DNA from: Planctomycetota bacterium
Lineage (GTDB): Bacteria; Planctomycetota; MHYJ01; JACPTZ01
Direction: 5' to 3'
DNA length: 64,000 nt
Assembly (NCBI GenBank): GCA_016192525.1
Contig: JACPTZ010000154.1
Location: forward strand, 4,290 to 68,289
Shown: positions 32,309 through 41,706 of the stretch, piece after piece
Layout of the letters: every line of letters begins with the position of its first letter
Position numbering within the stretch: the first letter of the stretch is position 1
Position numbers and translations under genes: made by a program
Notes under the pieces: generated by a model
Database searches by the model: none
What the model was told of the DNA's origin: nothing
The model's input: only the letters and a program-made list of their open reading frames with translations

Positions 32309-35300
32309 TCACGCCTCCGCCGCCACCGGTGCCGCCGCGACCTCCGCCTTCTGCATCCCCTTCAACCTCCGGCGCCGCTCCCAGTAGAAGAGCACCGGGA
32401 TGAAGATGTCGATCACCTCGTCCGCGATGAGGATCCCGCCCAGGATCGGGACCGCCATCGGACGCATGTACTCGGCCCCCACGCCGGTCGCCCAGAGCAT
32501 CGGGATCAGCGCGAGGACCGTCGTCCCCTCCGTGAGGAGTTTGGGCCGCAGACGATGCACGGCCCCCTCCATCACCACCTCGCGGATGGTCCCGACCGGG
32601 TCCGGCAGTTTCGCGATCGCCTCCAGGCCGCCGCGACGGTCGACCGCCTCGCGCAGATAGACCAGCATCACGATCGCCGTCTCCGTCGCCAGGCCGAAGC
32701 AGACCACGTATCCCACCCACACGGCCACGCTGATGTTGTACCCCCACATGTACTGGAACAGCGCCCCGCCGGCCACCGCCCCCGGCACGGCGAGGAACAT
32801 CATGAGCGTGTCGGCGAAGTCCTTGTAGGTCATGTAGAGGATGACGAAGATGATGAGGATCACCATCGGGAGGACGATCATGAGCGTCTTCTGCGCCCGC
32901 ACCTGGTGCTCGAACTGGCCGCTCCACTCGAGGTGGAAACCGGGCGGGAGTTTCACCTGCGCATCCACTACGCGCTGGGCCTCCTCGACGAAGCCCACGA
33001 TGTCGCGTTCGCGGACGTTCAACTGCACGTAGGCCCGGAGGAGCCCGTTCTCGCTCTTGATCATGCTCGGCCCAGGGACGATGCGGATGTCCGCGACGAG
33101 CGAAAGGGGGACCTGACGGAGGCGCGACGGGGAGTCCGTGGTCCCGGGTCCAGGGTCCAGGGTCGAGGACGGTGTGACCCGCGCCGCGGAGCGAGCGCCC
33201 ATCCCGCCGCCGCTCGAACCGCCGCCCCTCCCGCCGTTCGTTGACGGGGACGGAGGCGCCTCCATTCCACCGCCGGCCGCGGGGACCAGCAGATTCCCCA
33301 CGCTCTCCTCGTCCTCGCGCCAGTCCCGCGGATAGCGGACGCGCACGGGATACCGTTCGCGCCCCTCGACGGTCATCGTGATGTCCTTTCCGCCGAGGGC
33401 GACCTCGATCACGTCCTGGATCGCCTCCACGCTCACCCCGTAGCGGGCCGCCTTCTCGCGGTTGATGCCGATCTCGAGGTAGTTTTCTCCGACGATCTGG
33501 TCCGGGAAGACGTCCACGGCGCCCCGGATCTGCCTGAGGGCGGCGGCGATCTCGTTCGAGACGGTCTGGATCCTGTCGAGGTGGTCGCCGAACACCTTCA
33601 CCCCGATCATCGTCCGCACGCCGGTGGCGAGCATGTCCACGCGATTGATGATGGGCTGGGTCCAGATGTTCCCCCACCCGGGGACCTGGAGTTCCGAGTC
33701 CATCTCCTTCACGAGGTCGGATTTCAGCTTCGGCCAGAGGAAGATGCGCTGGTGGAACGCCCCCTCGCGCTCGGAACGGATGCCGTGCAGTTCGTCCGCG
33801 GCCGGCTCGCGGGCGAGAAGGCCCTGGGCGCGGGCGACCGCCACGGCCTCGTCGAGGAGGAACCAGACCATAGCGCCCGGCGCCCGGTCCTCGATCTCCC
33901 AGTTCAGTTGCCTGACGCGCTCGACCATCAGCGCGTCCTGTTCCTCCACGAGCCGTTCCTGGATCCGGGCGGCCAGCGTGGGTCTCTCGACGCCGGAGAT
34001 CGTGCGCAGGAGGTCGCGCGCCTCCGACTCGAACGTCTTCGGCTCCGCCAGGAGGTCGGACGCGGCGGCGACAGCCCCCTCGGCGACGAGGAAGTCGACC
34101 ACCTCCTGGACCGCCTCCGCCACCCGTTCGCGGAGGACCCACTCACGGAATTCCGGGGCGTACTTCGCGGTGAGCCGGTCGTCGAACGCGATCCACCGCG
34201 CCGCGGGAATCTCGGACTTCAGGGCGCCCTTCCGGCGTAGAAGTCCCACGACCTCTTCGCGGACGCGCGTCACCAGGGCGCGCCCGGCCATCGGAACGTA
34301 CTCGTGGAAGCGCCGCATCGAGAGATCCCGGTACGCGCGATCGAACTTCACCACCGCCTCCATGGTGGCCGAGTTGGCGATCTCGCCGATGTCGGAGTCG
34401 GGCACCGGTTTCAGTATCCCGCGGCTGACAAGGACGCCCACGGCCCCGCGCGCCTCCGCCAGCGCGTCGTCGTAGTTGATCTTGCGTTTCGGCCACCACG
34501 ACTTCGGCCTGAGGCTCACCACCGTCTCCACCATGTCGATCGGGGAGGGGTCGGTCGGCGTCTCGGCCCGCCCCACCTTGCCGACGACCTGATGGACCTC
34601 GGGGAAGGACCGCAGGACGCGGTCGCGCTCCTTGATGTCGTCTCCGGCCTGGGTGATGTTCACGTTCGGGGTGGTCACGGGCATGTCCATGATCGCCAGT
34701 TCGTCGAGGGGCGGCATAAACTCCTCCCCGAGCGGGGTGAAGGTCCGGTAGGCGGTCGCGGCCACGCAGAAGAGGATCGCGAGGCAGACGATCCTGTGGC
34801 GCGCCACGACCGCGATGGAGGTCGCGACGACGAAGGGAACCGCCACGATGAACACGATCCACGGGAATTTGTGCGGGAAGATCGGCAGGCCGATGAGCAG
34901 GAAGGTCCCCGTGATGACGACGATCACGTCCGGATGCTTGAGGAAGAAGGACAGCATGGGGCGGTAGATGGCGACGAACGAGCGGACCAGCCACACGTCG
35001 TCCTGACCGTGGAGTTTCCCGCGGATGAAGGTGGGGATGAGGGCCGGGACGAGCGTGATCGCCAGCACCGCCACGCCGGCGAGGGCGAAGGTCTTGGTGT
35101 AGGCGAGCGGATTGAACATCTTCCCCTCGATCCCGCCGAGGACGAAGATCGGCGCGAACGAGAGGAGCATGATGAGGATCGAGAAGAAGAGCGGGCCGCC
35201 GACCACCTTGCAGGACTCGATCACGATCTCGCGCGTGTCGCCCGTAACGCGCCCGCCCGGGAAGTGGTCGTGCAGCCGGTGATAGGCGTTTTCCGCCATC

Positions 35301-36514
35301 ACGATCCCGGCGTCGACGAGGACCCCGATCGAGATGGCGATCCCGGAAAGCGACATGATGTTCGAGGGGATCTCCAGATAGTACATGAAGATGAAGGCGA
35401 TCAGCACGGCGAGGGGGAGCGTGACGCAGATGACGATCGCGCTCCGGAAGTGCCAGAGGATGAGCAGGACGACGAGCGTCGCGATCAGGATCTCCTCGAT
35501 CAGGGTGTGCGTCAGGGTGTCGATCGAGGCCTGGATGAGCCCGGTGCGGTCGTAAAAGGGGACGATCCGGACACCCGCCGGGAGGCCGGCCTGGAGTTGA
35601 CCGATCTTCTCCTTGATCCGGCGCGTGACCTCGAGCGGGTTCTCGCCGTAGCGCATCATCACGACCCCGCCCACCGCCTCGCGCCCGTCCTTCTCGAGGA
35701 CGCTGCGGCGGAAGGCCGGGCCGAGCTGCACCGTCGCGATCCGTTCCACGGTGATGGGAACGCCGTTCCGCTCCTCGATCGCGATCTTCTTGATGTCGTC
35801 GACGTCGCGGATCCAGCCGTATCCGCGCACGAGGTACTCCGCGCCGCCCTTGTGGATCACCTTGCCGCCGACGCTCGAATTCGAGGCCATCACGGCCCCG
35901 AAGACCTGCCCGAGGCTGAGGTCGAAGGCGCGCAGTTTCTCCGGGTCCACGTCCACCTGGTATTCGCGCACGAAGCCCCCGACGCTCGAGACCTGCGCCA
36001 CGCCGGGCACGGAGTTGATCGGATACCGCACGTGCCAATCCTGGATCGTGCGCAGTTCGCCGAGACTCCTCCCTTCCCCCTCAACGGTGTACCAGAAGAT
36101 CTGTCCGAGGGCGGTGGCGTCGGGGGCGAGGTACGGCACGACGCCGGGCGGCAGGAAACTCCCGGCGATCGAGAGGCGCTCGAGGACGCGCTGGCGGGCG
36201 AAGTAGAACTCGATGTGCTCGTCGAAGATGATGTTGATCATCGAGAAGCCGAACTCGCTCGTGGCGCGGATCGACTTCACCCCGGCCAGGCCCTGCAGGT
36301 TCACCGAGAGCGGATAGGTCACCTGGTCCTCGATCTCCTGCGGGCTCCGGCCCATCCAGTCGGCCCAGACGATGACCTGGTTCTCCGAGAGGTCCGGGAT
36401 CGCGTCCACCGGCGTGCGGTAGAGGCAGTAGACGCCCCACAGGCTCACCCCCGCGACGAGGATGAACACGATGAACCGGTTGCGGACGGAGAATTCGATG
36501 ATCTTCGGGATCAT
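32309..36514 (-). CDS. cusA: Heavy-metal efflux RND permease (CusA/CzcA family), unusually long at 1401 aa
   Basis: N-terminus MIPKIIEFSVRNRFIVFILVAG, with PDLSENQVIV and GGFVREYQVDVDP. ATG 36514 overlaps the cusB stop (ATGA). Track ORF 32309..37354 over-extends into cusB. Confidence 0.88.
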   Translation of the reverse strand: MIPKIIEFSVRNRFIVFILVAGVSLWGVYCLYRTPVDAIPDLSENQVIVWADWMGRSPQEIEDQVTYPLSVNLQGLAGVKSIRATSEFGFSMINIIFDEHIEFYFARQRVLERLSIAGSFLPPGVVPYLAPDATALGQIFWYTVEGEGRSLGELRTIQDWHVRYPINSVPGVAQVSSVGGFVREYQVDVDPEKLRAFDLSLGQVFGAVMASNSSVGGKVIHKGGAEYLVRGYGWIRDVDDIKKIAIEERNGVPITVERIATVQLGPAFRRSVLEKDGREAVGGVVMMRYGENPLEVTRRIKEKIGQLQAGLPAGVRIVPFYDRTGLIQASIDTLTHTLIEEILIATLVVLLILWHFRSAIVICVTLPLAVLIAFIFMYYLEIPSNIMSLSGIAISIGVLVDAGIVMAENAYHRLHDHFPGGRVTGDTREIVIESCKVVGGPLFFSILIMLLSFAPIFVLGGIEGKMFNPLAYTKTFALAGVAVLAITLVPALIPTFIRGKLHGQDDVWLVRSFVAIYRPMLSFFLKHPDVIVVITGTFLLIGLPIFPHKFPWIVFIVAVPFVVATSIAVVARHRIVCLAILFCVAATAYRTFTPLGEEFMPPLDELAIMDMPVTTPNVNITQAGDDIKERDRVLRSFPEVHQVVGKVGRAETPTDPSPIDMVETVVSLRPKSWWPKRKINYDDALAEARGAVGVLVSRGILKPVPDSDIGEIANSATMEAVVKFDRAYRDLSMRRFHEYVPMAGRALVTRVREEVVGLLRRKGALKSEIPAARWIAFDDRLTAKYAPEFREWVLRERVAEAVQEVVDFLVAEGAVAAASDLLAEPKTFESEARDLLRTISGVERPTLAARIQERLVEEQDALMVERVRQLNWEIEDRAPGAMVWFLLDEAVAVARAQGLLAREPAADELHGIRSEREGAFHQRIFLWPKLKSDLVKEMDSELQVPGWGNIWTQPIINRVDMLATGVRTMIGVKVFGDHLDRIQTVSNEIAAALRQIRGAVDVFPDQIVGENYLEIGINREKAARYGVSVEAIQDVIEVALGGKDITMTVEGRERYPVRVRYPRDWREDEESVGNLLVPAAGGGMEAPPSPSTNGGRGGGSSGGGMGARSAARVTPSSTLDPGPGTTDSPSRLRQVPLSLVADIRIVPGPSMIKSENGLLRAYVQLNVRERDIVGFVEEAQRVVDAQVKLPPGFHLEWSGQFEHQVRAQKTLMIVLPMVILIIFVILYMTYKDFADTLMMFLAVPGAVAGGALFQYMWGYNISVAVWVGYVVCFGLATETAIVMLVYLREAVDRRGGLEAIAKLPDPVGTIREVVMEGAVHRLRPKLLTEGTTVLALIPMLWATGVGAEYMRPMAVPILGGILIADEVIDIFIPVLFYWERRRRLKGMQKAEVAAAPVAAEA

Positions 36515-38580
36515 TTGGACCCCCCGCTCGTCTCTGCTCCGCTCGCGCCGAAGTACTGGGCGCCGGCGGCGGGATTCAGTCGCGCCTCGGCGTCGGGCAG
36601 GAACGATCCGGCCGTCACCGCCCGGTCCCCGGCCGCGAGGCCCTTCAGCACCTGGACGTACTCGCCCGCGCGCGGTCCGAGGACGACCTCGACCGCGTCG
36701 AACGTCCCCTGGCCCTTCTCCAGGTAGACCACCTTCCGCAGCCCATTGTCGATCACCGCCGAGACCGGAACCGCGAGGACCTGCTCGAACTCCATGTGCT
36801 TCGTCGGGCGGGCGCAATCGGGGCACGGACTCGTCGGATCGACCGCGTGGTCCGGGTGGAGCGGACAGATCCACGCGTCCACGAGCCGCTTGCCCGGGCT
36901 CTCGATCTTGTACCGGAGCGCCTTCCCGCACTTCTCGCGCGGGCAGGTCCCGGGCTTGTCGGACCGAACGTCGGGATGCTCGGCGCAGACGTACATGAGA
37001 CGCGAGCCGGGTTCGATCGTGCGCGGTTCGAGTATCATCCCGCCGCACTCCGCGCACTCCCCGGGGATGTCGGAGACCTTCTCCGGGTGCATGTCGCAGA
37101 CGTAGATCGTGCGCGGTTTCTCGACCGACGCCTCCCGCTTCGCCAGCTCCATGTTGCACTTCGGGCAACGGCCGGGCTTGTCGCTCGTCACCTCGGCATG
37201 CATCGGGCACTGGTAGAAGACCTCCTTCGCCGCGGCGGTCGTTCCTCCGTCGGACGGCGCGGGCGCCCCGTCGGCGGTCGCGACCCCCTTCCGCACCAGC
37301 TCCATCCCGCACTTCTCGCAGATGCCCGGCTCGTCCGAGCGCACCTCGGGGCACATCGGGCAGCAGCCGTACCAGACCTCGGCCTCCTTGCCGAGGGGGA
37401 TCCGGAGCGCCGCCGCCACGTACATCCCCGGCTTGAGTTTCCCTCCGGGATTGTCCACGTCCACGCGCACCTTCACCGTGCGGGTCTCGGGATCGAGCGT
37501 GGGCTGGACGAAGGCCACCTTCCCGACGAACGACTCGCCCGGGTACGCCTCCGACGTCACCTCGATCATCTGCCCGATCCGCACAAGGCCGATATCACGC
37601 TCGAAGACCTCCGCCTGCATCCAGACCGCAGTGAGGTCGGCCAGGGTGTAGATTCCCATTCCGGTCTCGACATACTGCCCGGACAGGAGGTGGCGCTGGA
37701 TCACGGTCCCGTCCATCGTGGACAGAAGTTCGAGATGGATCTCCGCCTTGCCGGTCTTCCGCAGATTCTCGATCTGCCCGTCTGTCACGCCCCAGAGGCG
37801 GAGCCGCTCCAGCGATGCGTCGACGAGACGCTGGGCACGATCGACCGCGGCGGGGTTGGCGCCCGGCTTCGACCGGATTTCCTCGAGCGCCTTTAGGCCG
37901 AGCAGGACCTCCTCCTGGGTGGTCACGAGTTCGGGGCTGTAGAGCCAGACGAGCGGCTCGCCCTTCTTGACGGTGGTGCCGGTGAAGTCCACGAAGAGGC
38001 GGTCGATCCGGCCGGGGATACGGGCCGTGACATGGCTGAGGCGGCGCTCGTCGAACGCGATGGAGCCCACGGTGCGGACCTCACGAACAAGGGTGCGATA
38101 TCCCACCTCCTCCGTCGCGAGGCCCGCCTGCCGGATGCGGAAGGGCGAGAGTTGCAGGCGCGAGAGAATGCCGGGATCGAGTTCGGTCTTCTCGCCGCGC
38201 TTGCGCCTCGAGAGAGGCATCCCGCAGATCGGGCACTTCTCGGAGGCGTCCTTCCGGATGACGCTCGGGTGCATCGGACAGAACCACTCGAACTCGCTCT
38301 CGACCAGGTCGGCCCCCTTCTCCGGCCGGGTCCATCGGTCCATCGTGTTCATGATGTAGCCCCAGTTGCCGACGATGAGGCCGACGACGATGAACACGAA
38401 GATGAACCGGAGCCGCACCATCAGGATGTTGAAGATGGAGGCGCTCTCCTCCTGCGGGGGCGGGGGGGGCGTGGCGAGGGGCGAAGCGGGGATCGCGTCC
38501 GCAATGGGGATCTCCTCTGGCGGCTTTGAAGGTGGGCCAGCAGGCCCCGGACCGGGCGATGGGGTAGGGTTGTCTGGCAT
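36511..38580 (-). CDS. cusB: RND periplasmic adaptor (CusB-like MFP) with one N-terminal and five internal HMBD metal-binding modules
   Basis: TM FIFVFIVVGLIVG. HMBD WFCPMHPSVIRKDASEKCPICGM. HlyD/MFP core (VTARIPGRIDRLFVDFTGTTVKKGEPL... LKPGMYV). Then CCPMCPEV..CEKCGM, CPMHAEV..CPKCNM, CDMHPEK..CAECGGM, CAEHPDV..CPREKCG and CPLHPDH..CPDC. Confidence 0.85.
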   Translation of the reverse strand: MPDNPTPSPGPGPAGPPSKPPEEIPIADAIPASPLATPPPPPQEESASIFNILMVRLRFIFVFIVVGLIVGNWGYIMNTMDRWTRPEKGADLVESEFEWFCPMHPSVIRKDASEKCPICGMPLSRRKRGEKTELDPGILSRLQLSPFRIRQAGLATEEVGYRTLVREVRTVGSIAFDERRLSHVTARIPGRIDRLFVDFTGTTVKKGEPLVWLYSPELVTTQEEVLLGLKALEEIRSKPGANPAAVDRAQRLVDASLERLRLWGVTDGQIENLRKTGKAEIHLELLSTMDGTVIQRHLLSGQYVETGMGIYTLADLTAVWMQAEVFERDIGLVRIGQMIEVTSEAYPGESFVGKVAFVQPTLDPETRTVKVRVDVDNPGGKLKPGMYVAAALRIPLGKEAEVWYGCCPMCPEVRSDEPGICEKCGMELVRKGVATADGAPAPSDGGTTAAAKEVFYQCPMHAEVTSDKPGRCPKCNMELAKREASVEKPRTIYVCDMHPEKVSDIPGECAECGGMILEPRTIEPGSRLMYVCAEHPDVRSDKPGTCPREKCGKALRYKIESPGKRLVDAWICPLHPDHAVDPTSPCPDCARPTKHMEFEQVLAVPVSAVIDNGLRKVVYLEKGQGTFDAVEVVLGPRAGEYVQVLKGLAAGDRAVTAGSFLPDAEARLNPAAGAQYFGASGAETSGGSK

Positions 38581-38618
38581 AGTGGATCTCCTGGTTACTG
38601 ACGCGGTCTCAGCCCGTT

Positions 38619-38808
38619 CTTAGAGCGCCTATCAAAATGACCGCCGTGGCATGTCATCCTGAGGCTGCCCCGCAGCACGTGTGCGGGGCCGAAGGATCAC
38701 CAGCCTGGAACCGGCTTGAATGCTGAGCTGGTGATCCTTCGCTTCGCCCGCCAAACGGCGGCGGGCGAAGCTCAGGATGACAACTTCATTCTGATAGGCG
38801 CTCTCAAG
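38619..38808. repeat. Nested-palindrome element with 19-bp terminal inverted repeats
   Basis: agagcgcctatcaaaatga (38622-38640) and tcattctgataggcgctct (38786-38804), 18/19 matching. Inner stems gtcatcctgagg/ctcaggatgac, gaaggatcaccagc/gctggtgatccttc and ccccgcagcacgtgtgcgggg. Confidence 0.7.
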
Positions 38809-38825
38809 CACCGTACTTCTGCCGC

Positions 38826-40310
38826 CTACTTCGAGTCTCCTTCCAGACTCCGCCCCACGGCGCGCTCGAGATCGGCCAGCGCCGTGGCGTGATCGGCCAG
38901 GACGCGGTACCGCCGCAGACGCACATCGCGGAGCGAGCGTTCGGCGTCGAGGAGATCGAGGAACATCGAGCGGCCGTTCTCGTAGTTCACGCGCGTCACC
39001 TCGACCGCCTGCTCCGTCTTGGGCAGAAGCTCACCGTCAAAGATCTTGAGCGAACGCGCGGCGGCATCGACCCGCAGAAGCGCGTCCCTCACCTCGGCCT
39101 GAACACGGGTCCTCAGGCCCTCGACCGCGAGTTCATCCGCCCGGACCACCTGTTTCATCCGGCGGACCTCCGAGGTGAAGCGGTCGGTGAGCCACGGCAG
39201 CGTGATCCCGATCATCCCGCTCCAGGCGTCCTCCTCGTACGGCATCTGGACGTACTTCGCCTCGAACATGAACATCGGGGAGCGGGTCTCCTTCTCGGCG
39301 AGACGGAGCATGACGCGCGACGCCTCGAGGCGGAGCCCGGCCGCCCGGATCTCCGGCCGGACCTCCATGGCCTCCCGGGCGAGGGCGGCGCCGTCGAATT
39401 CCCCCGGGGGAACGGTGACCTCGGCGGGCGGACCCAGCGGAGCCCCGGCCGGACGGTTCAGAAGGGCGTTGATCTCGGCCCGGGCCGATCCGATCCGCTG
39501 GTCGAGGGCGAGAATCTGATTCTGAAGCTCCACCAGTTCGACTTGCGGCTTGAGCACGTCCTGCTGCGGGGCGGCGCCGGTGCGGAACCGGGAGTCGGCG
39601 ATCCGTTCGAACTCCGAGAGCAGATCGATGTGCTGTCGCACGATCTCCAGCTCGCGGGTGGCCATGTAGTACATGGAGAGCGCCCGCCTCGCCCTCGCGG
39701 CGGTGTCGCGCACTTCCATGGCGTACATCTCGACCATCGACTCCGCGTCGCGGGAAGCCGCCTCCGCGCGAAGGCCGCGGATTCCCGGAAAGGGCACCGA
39801 CTGCTGGAGTCCGAGCATGTTGCCGCGATTCGTGCCCAGCGAGAAGGGGCGCCCGCGGGGAATCTCCTCGGCCTCGAACTTGAGGAGCGGAGGATCGTAA
39901 GACCCCGCGACATCGATGGACGCGCTCGCCGCCTCAGCCCGGGCGACGGCCTCGCGGAGCCGCGGATGGCGCTCAACGGCGAGGCGGGCAACGAGCTCCG
40001 GATCGAGCGGCCCGGCCAGGAGGCGGTCGAGATCCGGGTCGGTGGCGGGGCCGGGGACGGCGGCGGCGTGCCGGGCTTGGAGATCGGCGAGGGTGGTCGC
40101 GAGCGGGGCCAGATCGGCGCGACGGGCGGCGGTGCTGCAGCCCGCGAGCACGCTCATGAGGAACACCGCCGCGCATCGGCGGACGCGGTGTCCGGCGCAG
40201 CCACCGTCATCTTGTCCTCTTCGCGAATGCGAGGAGGGGGAAGGGAGAGAGTCCCTTTGGACTTTGGCGGTAATCATGGTCGTCTCCGGAAAGAGGCAAA
40301 GCCGAATCAC
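38826..40310 (-). CDS. Outer-membrane efflux protein (TolC/CusC family)
   Basis: Lipobox-like SVLAGCSTA. Two OEP-type repeats with coiled segments. Position upstream of cusBA. The start is uncertain (40310 or 40277). Confidence 0.8.
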   Translation of the reverse strand: MIRLCLFPETTMITAKVQRDSLPSPSSHSRRGQDDGGCAGHRVRRCAAVFLMSVLAGCSTAARRADLAPLATTLADLQARHAAAVPGPATDPDLDRLLAGPLDPELVARLAVERHPRLREAVARAEAASASIDVAGSYDPPLLKFEAEEIPRGRPFSLGTNRGNMLGLQQSVPFPGIRGLRAEAASRDAESMVEMYAMEVRDTAARARRALSMYYMATRELEIVRQHIDLLSEFERIADSRFRTGAAPQQDVLKPQVELVELQNQILALDQRIGSARAEINALLNRPAGAPLGPPAEVTVPPGEFDGAALAREAMEVRPEIRAAGLRLEASRVMLRLAEKETRSPMFMFEAKYVQMPYEEDAWSGMIGITLPWLTDRFTSEVRRMKQVVRADELAVEGLRTRVQAEVRDALLRVDAAARSLKIFDGELLPKTEQAVEVTRVNYENGRSMFLDLLDAERSLRDVRLRRYRVLADHATALADLERAVGRSLEGDSK

Positions 40311-40358
40311 CCGCGCCCGGGATGGAGTGCGACTGCGCGGGGTGATTCCCGGAGACGA

Positions 40359-40790
40359 TCAGAGTCTGAGATTGGCGATTCGGAGGAAGAGCGGCGGGCC
40401 GGTGTCGGGCGGGCTCTCCGTGGCGACGACGGGGACCGGCCGGACGCCCGGATCCGGCAGCAGTCCGGTCAGAAACACCGGACACGGCGCGAGCGGGGCG
40501 AGGGCGGCGGCGTCCGCCGGCGGAAGAACGTCCCGCTGCGGCTGGATGTGCTGACAGTTCTTCGAGGGGGTGTGCTTCGCGTGCTTCTCTTCCGACGGCG
40601 CCGGCTGCTGGTGCTTGCAGCAGGACTTCTTCTCCGGCGCCGGCTTCGGCGTGACGGCCCGCTCACCCGGGCAGGAGGGGCACTCCCCCGGCTTCGGGCA
40701 GGTCATCCCGCAGAGACAATCGGTCCAGCGCGCGGTCTGCGCGACACCGATCAGGATCGCCAGGAGCAGGGAGCCGAAACGCATGCGCAC
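40359..40790 (-). CDS. Secreted Cys/His-rich small protein, first gene of the cus-like operon
   Basis: Signal peptide MRMRFGSLLLAILIGVAQTA. DCLCGMTCPKPGECPSCPGE, SCCKHQQ and HAKHTPSKNCQH. 143 aa. Confidence 0.5.
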   Translation of the reverse strand: MRMRFGSLLLAILIGVAQTARWTDCLCGMTCPKPGECPSCPGERAVTPKPAPEKKSCCKHQQPAPSEEKHAKHTPSKNCQHIQPQRDVLPPADAAALAPLAPCPVFLTGLLPDPGVRPVPVVATESPPDTGPPLFLRIANLRL

Positions 40791-40977
40791 CTCAGTTCGT
40801 CTTCGTCTGAACTACTATACCGGCGACGGCCGGAAAGTCATTGGTTTTTTTTCGGAGCCGCGAGAATTGAGTCCATGGGTGGCACGGGCGCCTTGCCGCC
40901 CCTGCCCCCCGGGGGCCCGATGGGCGACGGCGCAGTTGATTCTCAAGAGGCCCCGACGGGGCTATACTGCCCGCCCC

Positions 40978-41706
40978 ATGGAGTTCCTCCTCCCGGCTTG
41001 CGTGTTTCTGGTGGCGGCGATCTATGCCTCGGTGGGGCACGGGGGCGCCTCCGGGTATCTCGCGGTCCTTGGCCTCTTCAACGCCCCCCCCGAGTCGATG
41101 CGGGCGAGCGCGCTGGTGCTCAACATCCTCGTCGCCGGCACGGCCTGGATCGCCTTCGCCCGGGGAGGACACTTCCGGGGGCGCCGGGTGGCGCCGTTCC
41201 TCCTCCTCTCGATCCCCTGCGCCTGGTATGGCGGGTCGCTGAAAGTGGCGATGGGGACCTACATGCTCCTCCTGGGACTGGTCCTGGCCTGGGCGGGGAT
41301 CCGCCTGACGATGCCGGAGGGGAAGGTGGCCGAGCCGCGGTCGCCGGGATGGCTCGTATCGGTGCCGGCGGGCGGCGCGATCGGGCTGCTGTCGGGCGTG
41401 GTGGGGGTGGGAGGCGGGATCTTCCTGAGTCCGCTCCTGATCCTCAGCGGATGGGCGACCGCCAGGGAAGCGGCCGCGGCCTCCGCCTGCTTCATCGTCC
41501 TGAACTCGGCGGCAGGTCTCGCCGGGGGAGGGCTGGAGGCCGCCCTGGCGGTGCAGAATCACCTGCCCCTGGTCGGGGCCGCCTTCGCGGGCGGACTGCT
41601 CGGCTCCACCATCGGCGCCGGGCGTCTCTCGAACGTCTGGCTCCGACGGATGCTCGGGGCGGTCCTTCTGGGGGCCGCGATCAAGCTGGCGAAATCCTCT
41701 CTCTAG
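40978..41706 (+). CDS. TauE/SafE (DUF81) family anion exporter
   Basis: MEFLLPACVFLVAAIYASVGHGGASGYLAVL is a typical TauE N-terminus, with a second GVVGVGGGIFLSPLL repeat. TATACT (40964-40969) lies 8 nt upstream of the ATG. Confidence 0.8.
   Translation: MEFLLPACVFLVAAIYASVGHGGASGYLAVLGLFNAPPESMRASALVLNILVAGTAWIAFARGGHFRGRRVAPFLLLSIPCAWYGGSLKVAMGTYMLLLGLVLAWAGIRLTMPEGKVAEPRSPGWLVSVPAGGAIGLLSGVVGVGGGIFLSPLLILSGWATAREAAAASACFIVLNSAAGLAGGGLEAALAVQNHLPLVGAAFAGGLLGSTIGAGRLSNVWLRRMLGAVLLGAAIKLAKSSL

Noticed and set aside
32309-37354. A single 1681-aa ORF in the track suggests an even larger CusA.
   Set aside because: The upstream ~280 codons overlap cusB in another frame and translate to Arg/Gly/Pro-rich nonsense. 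The canonical CusA N-terminus MIPKIIEF starts at 36514, exactly at an ATGA junction with cusB.
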